From IMG/VR virus record IMGVR_UViG_3300030106_002045: a stretch of 20,000 nt of DNA; one strand, given 5' to 3'. Both the position numbers and the translations under genes were made by a program. Origin of the DNA: an uncultured virus (IMG/VR IMGVR_UViG_3300030106_002045) (taxonomy: Duplodnaviria; Heunggongvirae; Uroviricota; Caudoviricetes). Numbering within the stretch: the stretch's first letter is position 1; the number at the start of each line of letters is the position of its first letter. This document shows, piece after piece, positions 15,572 through 20,000 of the stretch. The notes beneath the pieces are model-generated. The model was not told the origin of the DNA, searched no databases, and saw nothing but the letters and a program-made list of their open reading frames with translations.

Positions 15572-16105
15572 TTATTTATACCACTCAGGTACTTGATTTT
15601 TCCATGTAGCAAACTCTTTCTTGTGAGCCATGTAAAAAGTTCTATAAGCTTCAACAGTATCTTCTTTTTTACACTCATCTGGCATACATTGAGGTGGTTG
15701 AGTAAAATTACCTATATCGATGTTTTTAGGAAATTGATAAATATGTTGAATTAATTTTTTATAAGTATCGTGGACTTTATCATATCTTTTAGTGTATTCT
15801 TTACAAAGAGCACACCACAAATGTAATAACCACCTATAATTATCTTTATTTAATCTACACCAAATAGCACATGGGTGATTATAATATGCTGCTTTATATA
15901 AAATATTTTCTTTTTCGTCAGGTAAAACCCAATATTTTACCATAGTTTTACCATTTACTGATAATCTAGTTTGTTCCTCGCCATCTAATATTCTATGAGC
16001 AGTAGAGAGCAGTTGTGCGTATTCAACAATCATTTTAGTTACGTGTTTATCGCAATGATACTCGGCGCATTTATCAGTATGGAAGTCTAAATAAAAAATA
16101 TTCAT
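15572..16105 (-). CDS. Pyrimidine-dimer DNA glycosylase / endonuclease V-like protein
   Basis: MNIFYLD...HCDKHVTKMIVEYAQLLSTAH...LYKAAYYNHPCAIW...EYTKRYDKVH...PPQCMP...AYRTFY pattern. Confidence 0.78.
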   Translation of the reverse strand: MNIFYLDFHTDKCAEYHCDKHVTKMIVEYAQLLSTAHRILDGEEQTRLSVNGKTMVKYWVLPDEKENILYKAAYYNHPCAIWCRLNKDNYRWLLHLWCALCKEYTKRYDKVHDTYKKLIQHIYQFPKNIDIGNFTQPPQCMPDECKKEDTVEAYRTFYMAHKKEFATWKNQVPEWYK

Positions 16106-16203
16106 TTTCTTCTATTTATAATAAAATAAGCAATTAATAATCCAATAAATAAACAGCCAAGATTATAAAAAAACATAAGTAATCCAAATTCAAATGTAAT
16201 CAT
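16102..16203 (-). CDS. Small membrane peptide (33 aa)
   Basis: MITFEFGLLMFFYNLGCLFIGLLIAYFIINRRK*; ATGA overlaps at both ends. Confidence 0.6.
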   Translation of the reverse strand: MITFEFGLLMFFYNLGCLFIGLLIAYFIINRRK

Positions 16204-16526
16204 TTTAACAATCTATTTATTTCATCTCTTAATTCTCTCAACTTACAACGAACTTGATAATCTTTTTGATAATAATAAGCTGGATTATTTTGATCAAAGG
16301 TTTTAGTGTCTATATAAACTGCAAAATGCTCAGCATATTTAAGTGGTAAATTTTGACCATTGCCATGATATTTACGTGTACCACGACCTTTTACTCTTAT
16401 CTTGTATCTATCTTTATTTAAAAATTGTCTTAATAAAGTTATGAAATATTTACCATTTTGAGTGTTAGGTATTTTATAAAAATAATGTACGAATGATTTT
16501 TGATTCTTTTTACTTCTAAATGTCAT
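16200..16526 (-). CDS. Hypothetical basic protein (start revised from 16592)
   Basis: ATG 16526 has a GGAG SD and an ATGA overlap with the upstream gene. Confidence 0.7.
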   Translation of the reverse strand: MTFRSKKNQKSFVHYFYKIPNTQNGKYFITLLRQFLNKDRYKIRVKGRGTRKYHGNGQNLPLKYAEHFAVYIDTKTFDQNNPAYYYQKDYQVRCKLRELRDEINRLLK

Positions 16527-16705
16527 TTTAAAACTCCTTTTTTTTCTTTTACATAGTCTTGTAGTTCTTGAAAACATTGTTCCATAAACCAATCACTTAA
16601 ATCACCACTATTTAATTTAATTGTTTTACCATTAGGATTTGTTAATTCAATTTTAACACTATCCCATTGCCACTCGTTATTGTGTCCGTTATCTCGTTGT
16701 GTCAT
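16523..16705 (-). CDS. Hypothetical protein (start revised from 16753)
   Basis: ATG 16705 with GAAAGGA SD and ATGA overlap. Confidence 0.65.
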   Translation of the reverse strand: MTQRDNGHNNEWQWDSVKIELTNPNGKTIKLNSGDLSDWFMEQCFQELQDYVKEKKGVLK

Positions 16706-16905
16706 TTTATCCTTTCTAAGTCTTTCTGCGCTTGTCTTATAGTTTGATACCATCTACGTGTAAATGATATTTTATTTAATTTTCTAATCAAAGTCTTCAA
16801 TTTTATTTTTCTAATTTTTTTATCACCCATTGTATAATAAACATTTACATCTGACACGGGTTTATCCATTACTTCTTTACTGAAATTTCTCTTTTTTATA
16901 ATCAT
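16702..16905 (-). CDS. Hypothetical basic protein
   Basis: 67 aa in operon. Confidence 0.6.
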   Translation of the reverse strand: MIIKKRNFSKEVMDKPVSDVNVYYTMGDKKIRKIKLKTLIRKLNKISFTRRWYQTIRQAQKDLERIK

Positions 16906-16911
16906 TCTAAA

Positions 16912-17115
16912 CTAACACACACATCCTATTAAATTACCACTACCATTATTCATTATATATAAATTTAATGATTCTATATAATTTGTTAATTTAATTCTTA
17001 AAATGTCACAAAGGTCAAAACAAGTTAAATCTTGTATTATTACAACATTTTCTAACATTTTTTTTGTAACAGGTATAAGTTTATATAAACCATCATTATA
17101 AACTATTAAATTCAT
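16912..17115 (-). CDS. Hypothetical Cys-containing protein
   Basis: 67 aa; CFDLC and terminal GCVC. Confidence 0.65.
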   Translation of the reverse strand: MNLIVYNDGLYKLIPVTKKMLENVVIIQDLTCFDLCDILRIKLTNYIESLNLYIMNNGSGNLIGCVC

Positions 17116-17225
17116 TAGAATAGAATTACACCAGTTATAAAACCTAAAATAAAAAATACTATCTCACGTCTATTATATAAAGACCATATATCAAATTTAT
17201 TTTTGATCTTGCTCAAATAAGACAT
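17115..17225 (-). CDS. Small membrane peptide (36 aa)
   Basis: MSYLSKIKNKFDIWSLYNRREIVFFILGFITGVILF*; TAATG coupling. Confidence 0.6.
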   Translation of the reverse strand: MSYLSKIKNKFDIWSLYNRREIVFFILGFITGVILF

Positions 17226-17475
17226 TACCTTTTTCGTCTGTAACTTTATAAACATTCTCAACCTCCCTATTAAGATCATCTTTATAAAAAGTATCTGAAA
17301 CTGATTCTATACCATATTCTTCGATATAGTCAGAAACAATTACTTGTGCTGTATCGTTATCTTGACAAGCTTGTATAAAAGATTCCTTGTTTGCATTAAA
17401 TTCTTTTTCATCGACTACATTTAATTCGATTTCGCAAGGAACTCTCATATTGAATTTAACTTTTAACTTCGTCAT
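17197..17475 (-). CDS. Acidic hypothetical protein
   Basis: 92 aa, D/E-rich. Confidence 0.65.
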   Translation of the reverse strand: MTKLKVKFNMRVPCEIELNVVDEKEFNANKESFIQACQDNDTAQVIVSDYIEEYGIESVSDTFYKDDLNREVENVYKVTDEKGNVLFEQDQK

Positions 17476-17659
17476 CTTCTAATACTCCTATACATTTATT
17501 TTCAGTGTTAGGAAAACCTGTAAGTTTATCGAACATTTTATGATTATCGTAACCTAATTCAATACAAGCATTCTCTATATCTTCATAAGTAAATAACATA
17601 TTTTTAGTTACTTGTAACATTCCAGGTCTTTTTTCTAATGGACCAATTTTTTTTACCAT
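17456..17659 (-). CDS. Hypothetical protein
   Basis: 67 aa; AGAAAGGAG SD. Confidence 0.7.
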   Translation of the reverse strand: MVKKIGPLEKRPGMLQVTKNMLFTYEDIENACIELGYDNHKMFDKLTGFPNTENKCIGVLEDDEVKS

Positions 17660-17785
17660 GATTTCTCCTTTCTAGCACCAGGCGGTAAAGCTAATTTAAG
17701 GAGCAAACCGCCTGATGGATTTGAGTTAGTTATGTCATTATAACCTCCTCTCGTCCGAGCTATAACTACATAAGACTTAATATAA

Positions 17786-17814
17786 ATACTATTAATAAAT
17801 ATTCCATAATACAA
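17786..17814 (-). promoter_or_regulatory. Sigma70-like promoter
   Basis: TTGTAT-N17-TAGTAT just after the upstream stop, preceding a structured leader. Confidence 0.6.
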
Positions 17815-17820
17815 TAATCG

Positions 17821-18165
17821 TTACCACTGTGATAACATCTTTGTATCGACTAATACTACATTTCCGTAGATATTTCGTCTATTAATATCATTATGTTGAC
17901 GAGCATCTTCTGGATGTTCATTACTATAACTATGCCAATAATCTCGATATGCCATAGTAGCTTTATGATTTAATTGAGCATTATTTTTACTTAATGCGTT
18001 TTCGTCACAAAGCATTTCGTAGTTTTTTCCATCCCATCTAGCTTGTGATACTTCAACAGTATTATCGTGTATAATAGCTCTAACATGTTCCCAATCAATA
18101 TCTTTAGCATGATCAAAGGCAACATGAAAACCTGTCTTGAGTATTATTATATGTTTAGTGGACAC
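17821..18165 (-). CDS. DUF3846-like protein (from memory)
   Basis: Pattern TVEV...MLCDENAL...LNHKAT...IYGNVVLV; GGAGG SD before GTG. Confidence 0.6.
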   Translation of the reverse strand: MSTKHIIILKTGFHVAFDHAKDIDWEHVRAIIHDNTVEVSQARWDGKNYEMLCDENALSKNNAQLNHKATMAYRDYWHSYSNEHPEDARQHNDINRRNIYGNVVLVDTKMLSQW

Positions 18166-18439
18166 TCTCTTTTACCTCCTCTCTTAATACTACCTTGAGC
18201 TTTTCGTAGACAGAAATTGGTATGTCTAACTGATAAAGCTCGTTATTGTCGTGTTGAAATAAAATACGCCAACTATCTATTCTCAAACGAATTGAAAATA
18301 AAATTGGCCATTCTTGATCTCTGTCGTATTTTTTAACATCTTCGAACTCGTGTTCTTTAAAATGGCGTGGCCAATTATTAGCACGAGCAATTGCATTTGA
18401 ATATATTAGTTGATCTCTATCAATTACTAAAGTATTCAT
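18155..18439 (-). CDS. Hypothetical protein
   Basis: 94 aa; TAATG-coupled. Confidence 0.7.
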   Translation of the reverse strand: MNTLVIDRDQLIYSNAIARANNWPRHFKEHEFEDVKKYDRDQEWPILFSIRLRIDSWRILFQHDNNELYQLDIPISVYEKLKVVLREEVKESVH

Positions 18440-18642
18440 TAGCGACCGTCAAGTATATCTCGTAACTCATCTAGCATATCGCCAGAATCATCGAAGTCAG
18501 ATACATCTAAATCTACAGATGCAGCAACTTCTTTATCAGACATATCATGAGCAGATATTTTATCTTCTTTTTTCCAACCATCTGGTGGAGCATTATCTTT
18601 ATTTACTTCTTTGATAATCTGACTTAGTTTTTTCTTAGTCAT
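18439..18642 (-). CDS. Hypothetical protein with acidic C-terminus
   Basis: 67 aa; AGAAAGGA SD. Confidence 0.7.
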   Translation of the reverse strand: MTKKKLSQIIKEVNKDNAPPDGWKKEDKISAHDMSDKEVAASVDLDVSDFDDSGDMLDELRDILDGR

Positions 18643-18779
18643 ACTTTCCTTTCTATTTTTAGATTAATTATAAATTTTATAATTTTTAAAAAGTTAAGAA
18701 ATACAAGAAAATTTACTGCGATACTTACTACGTAAAAGAGTTAAACCGTTGAAATAAACCGGTCCTACGTCACACTTAT

Positions 18780-19070
18780 TTAGTGGATAATAAACTCTTT
18801 TTCTATATTTTCAGAATATCTTAAAATTTCTTCAGATGTCTCAGTTGCGTGATAATCTATAAATTCTAGCATAGGCATTCTATCTATGCAAAATTCATAA
18901 AAGCGATTGATTCGAGGAAAGTAAGGTGGAGAATCAAAAGTAGAATAATTAATAGATTTTACTAATTTTGATTCTTTCTCTTTGTAAAGTATTCTAACAT
19001 TAAAATTTTGACCAGGCATAGAATACATTTCTTTAATTAAATCCAATTCCATTTTTTCTTTATCAAACAT
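18780..19070 (-). CDS. Hypothetical protein
   Basis: 96 aa; AGGA SD; overlap with upstream gene. Confidence 0.7.
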   Translation of the reverse strand: MFDKEKMELDLIKEMYSMPGQNFNVRILYKEKESKLVKSINYSTFDSPPYFPRINRFYEFCIDRMPMLEFIDYHATETSEEILRYSENIEKEFIIH

Positions 19071-19311
19071 ATTTTCCTATAGGTTTTTTTTCTGGAATAA
19101 TTATTTCATATGGCGTACAATCAAATTTAATATAAATGCCATGTAAATTAATTTCTTCTCTACCAATCTCTTCAATTTTGTTATATGATTCTTTGTATCC
19201 CTCTAACATACATGAATATGAATCCTCAAATGTAACTGGCCAAGTATGAGCAGGCATGCACATACCTTCGACTGATGAACACATTACAAGAGATAAAATA
19301 AATTCTTTCAT
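19063..19311 (-). CDS. Small Cys-rich protein with hydrophobic N-terminus (probably exported)
   Basis: MKEFILSLVMCSSVEGMC...SCMLEGY...IKFDC; ATG 19311 lies 6 nt after an extended -10 (TGTTATACT). Confidence 0.7.
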   Translation of the reverse strand: MKEFILSLVMCSSVEGMCMPAHTWPVTFEDSYSCMLEGYKESYNKIEEIGREEINLHGIYIKFDCTPYEIIIPEKKPIGKYV

Positions 19312-19330
19312 GTTCAAAGTATAACATTAT

Positions 19331-19630
19331 TTAAACTTTAAAACATCTTATAATTGTATTTCTTAAAATTTTATTATGAAGTAATATCGAATAATATTCT
19401 TCTGTAAGCTCTGCAACTCTTTCCTCTCCATGAGGTGCGACTTTAAAGTCATTCAATGTCATAATGATATGAAAAATTTCGTGAAACAAGGTGCGTCCTA
19501 AAATTCTTTTTGTTAAACCTTTTCTTATTGTTAGAAGATTATCTGTATAATGATAGACAGCATAATCCTCTATGTCCTTAAATTTAACTTTAATTACTTT
19601 GTTTTTATATTTTATCTCACGTAGTTTCAT
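19331..19630 (-). CDS. HEXXH zincin-like small protein (ImmA/IrrE-like fold)
   Basis: RTLFHEIFHII followed by EERVA. Confidence 0.7.
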   Translation of the reverse strand: MKLREIKYKNKVIKVKFKDIEDYAVYHYTDNLLTIRKGLTKRILGRTLFHEIFHIIMTLNDFKVAPHGEERVAELTEEYYSILLHNKILRNTIIRCFKV

Positions 19631-19659
19631 AGGGCCAATTTCTTGGCCCTATAATAACA

Positions 19660-20000
19660 TTATCTGGATAACATTCTACTTCTAATAGAGGCGTTATTTA
19701 CTTGCGTATCAAGACCTATACCACCGCCAGCTGCTTTACCATTATGATATGCGGCTCTATCTCTAATATTCATATTGCTCTTTTTAGATACAATTCGAAC
19801 ACCTTGAGTTTTAAGCCAATCTGTAATAGCTTTTTGCTCGTTTTTATAAACCATAGGTAAACCATCTGGATTTTCTATACCTTTATAATCTGGTGCTAAT
19901 AAAAGCCATTTGTCTTTTATTCTCTTTGATAATCGAGAAGCACAACCTAATTTAAAAGCTTGTTTCATTCGATTTATCTCTGATTTACTACCAGGCACTG
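19660..20000 (-). CDS. C-terminal part of a longer protein (resembles DUF2786-associated proteins, from memory); 5'-truncated
   Basis: Frame open to window edge; AFKLGCASRL and AAYHNGKAAGGGIGLDTQV motifs. Confidence 0.55.
   Translation of the reverse strand, partial: VPGSKSEINRMKQAFKLGCASRLSKRIKDKWLLLAPDYKGIENPDGLPMVYKNEQKAITDWLKTQGVRIVSKKSNMNIRDRAAYHNGKAAGGGIGLDTQVNNASIRSRMLSR

Overview
This is a 20-kb segment of an AT-rich tailed dsDNA phage. The gene content resembles marine SAR11/pelagiphage-type phages, but the host is an inference. Every credible gene is on the minus strand. Reading in the direction of transcription (20000 to 1), it carries: an early/accessory region of many small genes (DenV-like glycosylase, HEXXH protein, DUF3846-like protein, small membrane peptides, a putative DNA-binding protein), a candidate iteron/AT-rich origin at ~14.4 kb, the terminase small subunit, a GATC-phased candidate pac/terminus site, a ~0.9-kb compositionally distinct cassette, a conserved hypothetical gene, a GT-A glycosyltransferase overlapping the terminase large subunit, a cluster of tiny Lys/Arg-rich proteins, the portal, GroES and a probable scaffolding protein. 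The most striking feature is the cassette at ~10650-11500. It is a self-contained transcription unit in which CA/TG and CC/GG dinucleotides are almost eliminated: 10708-11271 contains one CA/TG, the obligatory start codon. Its 129-aa protein therefore lacks Q, H, C, W, G, P and internal M. It aligns without gaps to the normally coded 121-aa early protein at 13649-14014, with the P/G/W/M residues replaced. Its promoter, RBS and terminator also avoid these dinucleotides. Family names are recalled from motif knowledge, not from searches.
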